Positions 36,306 through 47,095 of a stretch of DNA of 64,000 bases are shown piece by piece; the stretch's first letter is position 1; each line of letters opens with the position of its first letter. Origin of the DNA: Octopus bimaculoides (taxonomy: Eukaryota). The stretch spans positions 25,883,825 to 25,947,824 of the forward strand of contig NC_068982.1 in assembly GCF_001194135.2 (NCBI RefSeq), written 5' to 3'. Below the pieces are notes generated by a model. The model had not been told where the DNA came from, did not search any database, and saw only the letters and a program-made list of their open reading frames with translations. The position numbers were made by a program, and so were the translations under genes.

Positions 36306-37440
36306 CTATAATATCAACATGAGCATAACATTAACAAAAACGTTAACTAATTTAAAACATTTCAGGAAACCATTAATCACACAACATTTAATGAGTATCA
36401 ATCACCCATAACATTTAATAAAAGCATCAATCATCCATGACATTTAGTATAAGCAATGATGAGGATGAGCCAATGACGGATCCTCTACGTGACCATTCAA
36501 CTCATTAGCTCATCAAATCACACCTTACTTTCTAGGGAAAGACAGGCACAATGAATAATGTGACTCTAGAAATATTGTGCCTGGGAAAAAGAGTGATGTG
36601 ATCATGGCTAGAATACTTTTGTTCAGAGGTCTGTTTGACTAGTTACTAAGCAAGTGGAGGAAGTTATCAAAGTTCTTGAGGCTCAATGTTAATCTATGAA
36701 TGCACTGGTTTGTCAAATAAATACTAAGGTCCAAGAGCATTACTTTGCCAAGGCATCTATAGCACTGTTAAGGCAGCCCCACCTAAACAACAAAACCCCT
36801 ATGCTGTTGCTTGGCCTACTATCAATAGCACTAAATTTCTTCACAACCTGCCACCTTAAAAAATAAATGTTAGATAATGAAATCCTAGATGTACAAAAAA
36901 AAGGGGGGGGGGTCATGATTAGAATACCTTTAATAACAAGTATGCTCAATCAAGGCTGACCTGGTAAATAACATAATGGTTTCAAATTTTGGCACAAGGC
37001 CAGCAGTTTTGGGGAAGAGCAAAGTTAATTAAATTAACCCCAGTGCTCAACTGGTACTTATTTTATCAAATCTGAGAGGATGAAAGGCAAAGCTAACCCA
37101 GTGGAATTTGAACTCAAAATAAAAATGGGTGAAATACCACTACACTTTTTGCTGAGTGTGCTAACAATTCTGCCAGCCTGCCACCTTAAATAAAAAAAAA
37201 TAAATGAAAAATACGTTTTGTTAAAAAAATTTTTTTAAAAGCCTTCCTCCACACATATACTGTTTATACATAATTAACACAAGGTGATTGTTGTTTAGCA
37301 CCAGGTCATCCATGATCAAAAAAGCTTATGAAGATGTTCAAGCTTCATCCTCTTTTTAAGTCAGGTCTCCAGGGTTAATTCTACTGTGGTTTGTTTTTGG
37401 AGCGTTGAAATGCATTGTAGAACAAGTAGAAAGATTTTTT

Positions 37441-37603
37441 TTTTTTTTCAACATGTAAAATACTGTATATATAAAGGATAAAATCTTTTCAAGAGCATAA
37501 AAATTTTGCCAGCAATCATAGCTGGTTGCTGACAAATTTTTGGGGTCTTAAAAGGATTTTATCCTTTATATATACTGTTCAGTGTTTACGTGTTGAAAAA
37601 AAA
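37441..37603. repeat. 163-nt hairpin (MITE-like palindrome)
   Basis: TTTTTTTTCAACATGTAAAATACTG-TATATATAAAGGATAAAATCTTTTCAAGAGCATAAAAATTTTGCCAGCAA pairs with TTGCTGACAAATTTTTGGGGTCTTAAAAGGATTTTATCCTTTATATATA-CTGTTCAGTGTTTACGTGTTGAAAAAAAA around a 10-nt loop. Confidence 0.85.
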
Positions 37604-37813
37604 TATATATCTTTCTACTTGTTTTACTCCTTTTAATATAGCAGCTACTGTTTCGAAATGTAAGTAAATCTTTGGACAGCATGCCCCAAGAATAAAGAAA
37701 CAATGGCCTTGGCTTCAATACTCATTGAAGATTTCTTCATAGGTATACTCAACCAAAACTGATCAGAGCTACGCAACAAGAGTCAAAATGGCTGAATAAT
37801 TAATAATACTTAC

Positions 37814-37906
37814 TTGGGGGCAGAGACTTTCTATTTCAGCTGCAGCAATACGAACCATCTTGACACCTTCTTCATTGCTGGACATTGAACAGGCAAGATT
37901 AGCTAC
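37814..37906 (-). CDS. CTNNA: Alpha-catenin exon (93 nt, phase 0/0): VANLACSMSSNEEGVKMVRIAAAEIESLCPQ
   Basis: Acceptor tcttgtctttag, donor caa|gtaagt. Matches vertebrate VANLACSISNNEEGVKLVRM. Confidence 0.96.
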
Positions 37907-38779
37907 CTAAAGACAAGACATGGTTAATTGAATGAGTATGATACACATGATTATGGAAAACTAGTCACCTGGATTGGAAAGACAGAGACCAAGATATATT
38001 GAGAAAGTGGAAGATTGTAACAGAGATAGATGTAACAATGAAGGAGCTGGTAGGAAACAAGTCACTGACCACTTGTGATAGATGTAACAACAAATGAATG
38101 AAAAGGACTGATAAAGTAAGTGAATACATGAGTAACCATGATTGAATATGATGGATAATGTATGAATGAATGGTGTAAGAAAAGACTGAGCTAACGTAAC
38201 TGAACATAATAATGTGTGAATTAATGAATAATGTAACAAAAGATTGAGCAAACAAATGTGATTGATATAAAGGGAAATTAACGAATCAATGATTATAACT
38301 AATGAAGAAAATAAATGAGAAATAAACATGACTGAGAAAGAAAGAATGATTGAGAGAAGGAGTAAATATGATCAAGGTAAGAAGTAAAGAGTGAAAAATG
38401 ACTGCTGCTACATGAAACAAATGAATGTAAATGATATGGTAAAATGACTAAATGATGGTTTGAAATGTAAGAAATGTGAAAATAGAATGAATGAAGATTA
38501 ATGAGTTAATGAGTGCGTGTGTCAGAAATGAGTGAATAAATCTGTAACTAATGCAGGCAATGAATAAATATACATTCAACAGTAGTGGAAAAAATTATTA
38601 TAGAGAATGAATTAGAAAGCTTGCTTAAATGTATAAAAATAAAAACAAAATTAAAAAAAAAACAGGGAAAGGGATGAAAAATTTATAATGCTTTATTGAA
38701 ATATTAATCCTTATAAAAAAAACTGGGCTGATGGATCATACCACCATTTTTATGCTAGGAAGATGATTAGGTGTTGTTT

Positions 38780-38814
<35 letters not shown>

Positions 38815-39938
38815 TGTGCGTGCACAAAAAGAGATTCTCAAAAGAATTTCATATAACATTGTTATTGTGCTGTTTCTCATAAATATGGTCAAGCAGTTGG
38901 CTTTCATCAGCAAAAGGTTAAAAAGCCATATCCCTACAGTAATTTAGTGAAGGAAAGAAAATGTAATTGGTAATGTGTGTTATCACTGCTATCATAAATG
39001 CTCTGAACAAAACATTTAAACAATCATCTAGTTAATAATAGCTGCAATAAATGTTGGTTGATTGAGCTTTCCAGTCATGTTTTACATTGTCTAGAAAGGT
39101 GGGGAGAGAGTAAAACGACAGACAGTTTATATAAAGGTGCCTGAGTCTGCATGCTTGGTTTGGTGGCAGGCAATGAGTAAGGAATGCTACACACTTGCTG
39201 ACGCACATACACATACATACATACATACACACACAGTGAGAGAGAGACTCAAAAGTAGAGGTGTAAATGACACAGTAGTAATAAGAGGAGATCAAATATT
39301 GTAAAGATAGGTTGATAAAGTAGATTATGTTTATGTTGATAACATTTAGAAAAATAACATTTAATGCAAATATACATATGAGAAGTTTGTTTTATTATAT
39401 TTTAAGGATATAAGTTTTCTAAAATTACAATTCATTACACAATTTTGATAAAAGTTAAACTATATATATATTGGATGTATGCCTCATTTCTTAACATTAC
39501 CCAGGTTGAAAAATATACTTTCAAAGTTCCCCATCATAAGACAGGTAATAAATAAAGGCCAACTCAGCTTAACACATATCTTTCTTTAAATGACACTCCT
39601 AAGATGAGCCACGGTTTGCAAGTGCTGAAATCTGGTTATACAGTAGGGAGCTGCACAGACCCATGATATACCTATTTACAGTGAACTGGCCTGAGCCATC
39701 TGAAAATTATTAATACCTTAACCTAGAACAAATTCAAAGCCTACTCCTACTACACTGATCTCAAATGATTTCTGAACACATCAAAGTACAGCTTATCTAA
39801 ATTGTCACAGAAGCCTAACAGAATTCAAACTGAACCCTTCACTCATTACCCTTAACACCATTATAGTTTGATTTGCTGAGGTTCTTTTGTAAAATAGAAA
39901 TCTAAAAAAATATTTAAAAAAACACAGCATTAAAGGTG

Positions 39939-39946
<8 letters not shown>

Positions 39947-39986
<40 letters not shown>

Positions 39987-39988
39987 TG
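39947..39988. repeat. (GTGC)n tetranucleotide microsatellite preceded by (GT)n
   Basis: Read directly. Confidence 0.9.
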
Positions 39989-42119
39989 TCAAAGTTTTGC
40001 CAATTCAGCTGTGTCTCCAATATTAAATTATACCCAAGCCAACAAGTTAAAGGAGTCCATGTGACTGTTCAACCAGCTAGAAATAGAAGCCAAGTCTCCC
40101 TAGTTACCCCTAAAAACACAAGATGATTACAGCTAAAATATCTTCAATCAAAGGTTTGTTCACTGTGAGAGAGAAGACTGAAGAAGCAGAAAATGAGTAA
40201 AGGGTGAGGGTGTCTAAACTAATTGCAGCTTTTAAGTGACTACCAAAGAGAAAATTATGTAACAAGAATCAAGCCTCATTCATATATACTTTAGCAGACA
40301 GGAAATATTTAGCATATATCAATTATACAATCTCAACTGCCCCACTTTAACCCAGGAGCTCCTTGTATTTATTAACATAGTAATTATGGCGAAGCAACTA
40401 TGAAAACATCCGTTAGAATAATAGTGGAGGAACACTTAGAAATAATTACTATAATAACAGTAATAAAATTTTGTGAAGTATAATTTGTTTGCTTCAGTAT
40501 TGGAAAGTGTTTTTTTTTTTAATGTCAATTTAAATATCAAATTATCAAATACAAGTGGAAACGAGATTTTCTTACATTTTTCAGAATGCAGTACCACAAA
40601 TTTTTTATCACCTAAACTCCAAAATAAGTGAGTTGTATTGTTGCCAATTTTGCTTAATCCTAGGTAAATCCGGAATAAGGAGACTTACGGTCAAAGATAG
40701 TAGCTGTGACCAATGTGTCTCTTTTCCAGACAGAAAGACACAATGTAGTCTTGGTTACATGCATTATTCAATGCCATTCATTGAAAACAATCACTTTAAA
40801 CAATCATTTTAATGTCTGTTATTCCATGCTCACATGACTGATATTGTTGAGGCAGATTTTCTACAGCCAGATACCCTTCTAGTTGCCAGCTTTCACCTAT
40901 CTCCAAGTAAGATAACACTTCCCCATGACCAGACATTTTTACAGAAGACTAGAAATAAAACACTCGTTTACAACTATAATGTGATGAGAAGGCAAAGAGA
41001 CAGTAACACACACACACACACACACAAATGACTTTCCTCCTCAAGACATTCCCACTACCCACCATCTCTCTAACTACAGTATTCTGGTGCCATAATTAAA
41101 TGGTATAACTGCAGAGCTGACCAGTTTTCCTCCGATAACACACACACCATTCTTACTACTTGGAACTGGTTCACTTGTTATCCATCTTTCATTCTTAACA
41201 CTGTTTCCAAATTTTTTACATCGATCACCCACAACCATATATCATCTTTCTCTTCTCTCTTCCCCTCCCCCTATCTAGTGTACCATTATTACTCTTCTGC
41301 AGTGCTTCACCCACCACCTTTTTTTTTTTTTTTGCAGTCAGTTATTTTCTATTCTCTCCTACCATATATGCATTATTGGTCACCCACCCCAACCCTTATC
41401 TACCATTAATTACAACCACCTCTCAACCCTACCCAATTTCCAACCATCACCTACTTTTCCCTACCTCCCCTACTTATCGCCCTTAAATGCCTGTTCATTA
41501 TATTCATCCCCTCACCTTACAATCTATTCACCTACACTCTTTTCTATCCTCACACTTTGAGGTTCCACCTCAAAACCTCATCACCACTATTTTATCTCTT
41601 TCCAACTCCACTTTTCTATAACACGAGTAGCCATGTAACTCTTCTACAACAAGAAACCTGTTCCATTCTGGAGCCTTCTCTCTTACTTCCACCTCTCATT
41701 TTCTAGTATGAAGCAACTGCATTCTTTCCATTCAGCCAAAGATGATTTTAGACTTGCAAGTTTCATGGTGACCTCACTGATGCTAATGCAATGACACAGA
41801 AAAAAAGTCACACCCAGTATGCACTGTAAAGTGGGTGGTGCTAAGAAAACCTTGTCAAAACAATCTTTTTGAACAATTAAAAAATTAATTCCTTTGAATA
41901 TGAAGTGCTGTCAGCTGAGAAAGCAATCTTGCAATTAGCTCACTCAAATTTACCAAATAAAATGGTTGGCAAGAAAGGCATCCAGTTGTAGAAAACATTG
42001 GAGCTTAGAACAATTTTGTGGCTGGTTGGATCCTGTTAAACCATCAATCCATGCCAGCATAGACATTAAATGATATTGATGATAATAAGAACAGGAATTA
42101 TGATAATAATGATACATAC

Positions 42120-42272
42120 CTCTACAAGCTTATTAGCATGTTCAGTAAATATGACTGCAAACTCTTCTACTGCATTCTCATTACCAGCTTTGGCTGCTTC
42201 AATGAGCACAAGAAGAGGAACATTGGTTTCCAGAAAGGAATCAGATACATGATCCACAACAGCTTTCCGTAG
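42120..42272 (-). CDS. CTNNA: Alpha-catenin exon (153 nt, phase 0/0): LRKAVVDHVSDSFLETNVPLLVLIEAAKAGNENAVEEFAVIFTEHANKLVE
   Basis: Inside ORF 42066..42311. Acceptor ttttatatacag, donor gag|gtatgt. Confidence 0.97.
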
Positions 42273-42596
42273 CTGTATATAAAAAAAAAAAAGCATTTGA
42301 ACAAAAATCAATTAAGAAAACCTCATTACAAGACATATTTCAAACTTTATTATAAGACACATTTCAAAGTTACCAAAGGTATTGCAGTAGTAATACTTTA
42401 TTTATTCATTACATGTATGACAGAGTATAAATATTTAAAGAGAAAAATTGGGTATATAGTACCGCACAAATGTCTTCGTAAACTATTGTAAATTACTAAT
42501 TGCGTTTTTTACAGATGAAACATTGGCCCTGTTGGAGTCATTTCCATACCTAATATTTTGTAGTAGGGGTTCGGAATGAGAGGGGAAAAAGCGAGA

Positions 42597-43190
42597 TGAC
42601 CACACAAAAGTTTTTAGCCACCTCACATAAACCAATCAAGATAGTGTTTTAAAACAGAAAAATGTTTATATTGAAAATTTATTACATAACGTTCATTTCA
42701 AGAAGTTACTGTACATTGTTAATATTTCATGTAGCTTTCCTTATCTTGAATAATTGGTTTAATGCTCCTGGGAATAGATGCGTACAAATCCTTCACCATT
42801 TTCACAGGTATGAGATGCTATTCTCTGTGGCTCCTACAACTCTTCAAGATTGCGTAGATTCTTCTGACAAACTCTTCTCTTTAGTTCTGTTCATATTTGC
42901 TCAATGATATTTAAGTCAGGGCTCTGAGCTAGCCAATCTATCAATATGGTAACACTTTCATCAACTAGACTCTTGTGTTGCATGCGATCTCTGACATGGA
43001 GCTCCATCATGCTGAAAAATTTCAACTTCATCCAAGTCTGGTATCAAATTGTCCTTCAGCAACTGGATGTATTTGGCACTATTCAAGTTACGGTCAATTT
43101 TAACCAACTTTCTTTATGTATCCCCAAAGCATCAGACTCTTACCCTCAAACTTCACTGTATTCATTGTATAACATCGGTCATCTAGCTTT
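42597..43190 (-). mobile_element. Tc1-family transposon 3' fragment with TIR-like end
   Basis: Minus strand IFQHDGAPC...DWLAQSPDLNIIEQI*TELKRRVCQKN (WPxQSPDLNxIE motif). Terminal GGTGGCTAAAAACTTTTG resembles Tc1 TIR ends. Confidence 0.75.
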
Positions 43191-43255
43191 CTAATAAGTG
43201 AGAATTCGTCAGAAGGCCACCAGGAGAGCAAAATGACCCACTTTACACGATAAAA

Positions 43256-43599
43256 ACAGTGAAGTTTGGGGGGTAAGAGTCAGGAGCTTTGAGGATACAT
43301 AAAAAGTGACGGTACAAGAAAGTTGGTTAAAATTGATAGTAACTTGAACAGTGCCAAATACATCGAGTTGCTGAAGGACAATTTGATACTAGACCTAGAT
43401 AAAGTTGAGATTTTTCAGTATGACAGAGCTCCATGCCACAGATGGTGTGCAACACAACAGATCCTAGCTGATGAAGGTGCTACTGCATTGAAAGATTAGC
43501 CAACTCAGAGCCCTGACTTATATATCATCAAACAAATGTGGACAGTACTAAAGAGAAGAGTTTGCCAGAAGAATCCATGCAATCTTGAGTTGTGGGAGC
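43256..43599 (+). mobile_element. Tc1-family transposase fragment (inverted relative to the adjacent copy)
   Basis: IFQYDRAPC...QSPDLYIIKQMWTVLKRRVCQKNP; same segment as 42830-43159 on the opposite strand. Confidence 0.75.
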
Positions 43600-44022
43600 T
43601 CAGTCACAGACCTAGATACACAAAGGCCCAAGAGAATTACAGGTTAGTCATGGTTAGAATGCCTTTGATCACAGGTTTGTTCAGTCAGAGTCGGCCTGGA
43701 GCTAAACAACAACAAAAAAGCTAATTGATCATATTTGTTATAAGTAAGACTAAAGAGTGATCTTGATATGGTCAGTTGACAGCAGAGTTGGTAAGCTATT
43801 CAACATAAGCCTATGTCAGCTAAATCTATGAGCATTGGACAAATTCATTAGTGGTTTAGCTGTATATAAAATAATATCACTAGCACTTATGTGTCCATAT
43901 AGTTTATCCAGAACTAGTAATGTCTCACCACTTCCTTTTCCAACAACCATTATTGTATTTGTCAAATGAGATATATTTATCAAAACTGTCACACCTTAAC
44001 CTGAAAGTTTGAGCCAAAAATA

Positions 44023-44607
44023 TTAACTCTTTGTTAGTCACACAGGTGTGAGTTGTCACTAAATTTTTTTAAACATTTGTAATTTCTAGTTAGCTTATTT
44101 TTTTTGCTCCTTCCTCTACTCTTCTGACTCAGTGAGGGCCTATTGCAGGTGGTGTGGCACAGTCATGACTCAGTTGTCATGGGAGGTAGACATTTTTGTC
44201 TAGTCACCCCATGTGACTAACACAGTTGAAGTTTTGATTTAAAGCATATTGTAACAAAGATTGCCCATTAAGTTACTTTTATGTTAATATTCATCATAGA
44301 TATATAAAAAAACTCCACAAAATGGTGTATTCTGTGGGTATTTTCACACTAAATACGATCTGAATCTAAGATTTAAAAAAATTTTTCCTTAATTTTATAG
44401 ATTTATTTTATAGTATTGTTTTATGTTAATATCAATCAGCTACAAGGGTTTCAAACTTCTCAGCAGTGATTGCAGACATATCCTGAACCAACAGAATGAG
44501 TATATTTCACATAATACTAAAACTATAAACATTTTTGTATTGGGGTGTGTAAACACCCAATGTGACTAACCATGTTCAGAAAGATCAGGCAACTAACAAA
44601 AGGTTAA
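44023..44607. mobile_element. piggyBac-like MITE
   Basis: TTAA at 44023-44026 and 44604-44607 flanks TIRs CTCTTTGTTAGT and (rc) CCTTTTGTTAGT. Internal TAGTCAC/GTGACTAA repeats. Confidence 0.55.
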
Positions 44608-45359
44608 TTTCCAGCTGAAGCCAAATGTGCAAATCAGTTTCAATTTCATCTACTCCAGTAGTGTATTACTGGTATTTATTTAAATTATACTGGAAGGATG
44701 GACAGCAAAGTCGATTGAATGTAGATGTGAGACAAAATATGATTTTATCCCTTTCTCNNNNNNNNNNNNNNNNNNNNNNNNNNNNNNNNNNNNNNNNNNN
44801 NNNNNNNNNNNNNNNNNNNNNNNNNNNNNNNNNNNNNNNNNNNNNNNNNNNNNNNNNNNNNNNNNNNNNNNNNNNNNNNNNNNNNNNNNNNNNNNNNNNN
44901 NNNNNNNNNNNNNNNNNNNNNNNNNNNNNNNNNNNNNNNNNNNNNNNNNNNNNNNNNNNNNNNNNNNNNNNNNNNNNNNNNNNNNNNNNNNNNNNNNNNN
45001 NNNNNNNNNNNNNNNNNNNNNNNNNNNNNNNNNNNNNNNNNNNNNNNNNNNNNNNNNNNNNNNNNNNNNNNNNNNNNNNNNNNNNNNNNNNNNNNNNNNN
45101 NNNNNNNNNNNNNNNNNNNNNNNNNNNNNNNNNNNNNNNNNNNNNNNNNNNNNNNNNNNNNNNNNNNNNNNNNNNNNNNNNNNNNNNNNNNNNNNNNNNN
45201 NNNNNNNNNNNNNNNNNNNNNNNNNNNNNNNNNNNNNNNNNNNNNNNNNNNNNNNNNNNNNNNNNNNNNNNNNNNNNNNNNNNNNNNNNNNNNNNNNNNN
45301 NNNNNNNNNNNNNNNNNNNNNNNNNNNNNNNNNNNNNNNNNNNNNNNNNNNNNNNNNNN

Positions 45360-45440
45360 GTGAGTGAGTGAGTGAGTGAGTGAGTGAGTGAGTGAGTGAG
45401 TGAGTGAGTGAGTGAGTGAGTGAGTGAGTGTGTGTGTGTG
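45360..45440. repeat. (TGAG)n microsatellite at a gap edge
   Basis: Read directly. Confidence 0.9.
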
Positions 45441-46003
45441 TTATAGATAGAACATTTATTACATTCCACAAAACAAATTATCTGAAAAAAATGTTTGTAT
45501 TCATAGCTCTTGAGAATAGCATACAGCACCATTTGTTTTAGTTTACTTCCTGGCAGACAAAAACCAAGTTATTTATTGTTTTATATATATTTGTATGTCT
45601 GTGTGTAGAGAGAGAGAACAAGAGATATGTATCCATATAGAGAGGAGGAGGTTACTACTAAATCCATTGTCTTCCTTGTTGGAGGCCAAATCAGTCTAGG
45701 AGAGCTTCAACAGATTATTGGCTGTTATAAAGAATAAGTTAGGTGAAATAGCTAAGCTGACCATCAAGCTGATCTTGCAAGAACTAGACTCGTATTCCAT
45801 TCACTAGTACACTTTTTTCCTACATTGTAATTTATTTTCTTCCCTAGAGTAATATTTTTAATTTGGCAGTCATGTAGTTTATTTTTATGAATATTATTTT
45901 AGTTTTAGCAATGAAGATTAATGATTTCTACTAAAGAATGATTAGAATGTCAGCACTATATTTATTTGAAAAGAAAATGCACATTCAGGCATACACACCT
46001 CTC

Positions 46004-46053
<50 letters not shown>

Positions 46054-47014
46054 TATATATATATATATATATATATACCCATCATTTCATCATAAAATTC
46101 AGTTTTAAATTTTGGTTAATGAAAGTTTGTAGATTGGTTGTTATATTTATTAGTAATATATTTACATTTCAAAATGGCCACCCCTATTTTATGTTTAAAT
46201 AATTGTTAAATAATTATGCTTAAATAATGGGTAAATGTGATGCTGCACCCAGTACATATATGTATGCATTCACTATGTGTACTCCAGTTTTAAAATAGGT
46301 AGATGACTGGTGTAAAAAGTGACTCAAATGGTTGGCATCAGAAAGGGTATCAAGCCTCAAAAAGCTTATGTATGTGTGTAAATACACAATATATACATAT
46401 TCACAGTCAGTCATTCAATTTATGTCCATAGTTCTTCACTTATGGTTGGGGCAAGTACATGACTGAGGCAGTATAAATATTGCTAAAGCCTTTTCTTGTT
46501 AAGTCTTTCCTATTTTGCAAGAAAGGGCACTTTTATTTCACAACATTGAGTGTGCAGAACTATGAGGTGTAAATACAAAACACTTTTCTTTCTTCACTCA
46601 GTCTCATTGGAGTAAAGCAGAAATGAGAAATTTTCATATGCACACTTGCCCTCCGTCAGTTCTACTCACAAAGTAATGGTGAGCTCAAGGCAATAACAGA
46701 AGACACTTGCATGAGGTGCCATACAGTGAGACTGAACCTAATATGTGGTTGTAAAGCAAACTTCTTAGCCATGCAAACATACTTGTTTATAATCTCTCTC
46801 TCATTATATATATATATATACACATACACACACACTGGAAAGTAATACATTTGTATTGCAATATTTTATTTATTTATATATATATATAATTTGCCATCCT
46901 TAAACACCATAAGTAACAAGAGCAACAGAAAAATCATAAACAAACAACACCAACAACAAAAACAGAAATACATAAAAATGATTTATTCATAGTTTGTCAA
47001 GGAAATATCCTTAC

Positions 47015-47095
47015 CTGACGTCTTAAATCTCTAGATTTTTTCTGCCAATTCTCAAGAGCTTCTTCTAGTTCAGCACTTGGTTCTTTCTTACCAGA
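47015..47095 (-). CDS. CTNNA: Alpha-catenin exon (81 nt, phase 0/0): SGKKEPSAELEEALENWQKKSRDLRRQ
   Basis: Acceptor ttttgttttcttcag, donor cag|gtaagg. Matches vertebrate AGRKERSDALNSAIDKMTKKTRDLRRQ. Not in ORF track. Confidence 0.95.

Larger units (their letters stand above)
17777..47095 (-). other. CTNNA: Alpha-catenin gene, 3' portion (13 coding exons; 5' exons outside window)
   Basis: Exon lengths 81+153+93+157+201+149+61+226+106+135+93+21+159 = 1635 nt = 544 aa + TAA. All introns are GT-AG and phases are compatible. Motifs typical of alpha-catenin: LRKAVVDHVSDSFLETNVPLL, ENHILEDVN, WDDSGNDIIVLAKQMCMIMMEMTDFTRGRGPLK, WKMKAPEKKPL. Confidence 0.97.

Noticed and set aside
39672-39699. 28-nt AG...GT segment on the minus strand as an extra exon
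   Set aside because: It would shift the frame, the donor is mediocre (tag|gtatat), and the flanking exons already join correctly.
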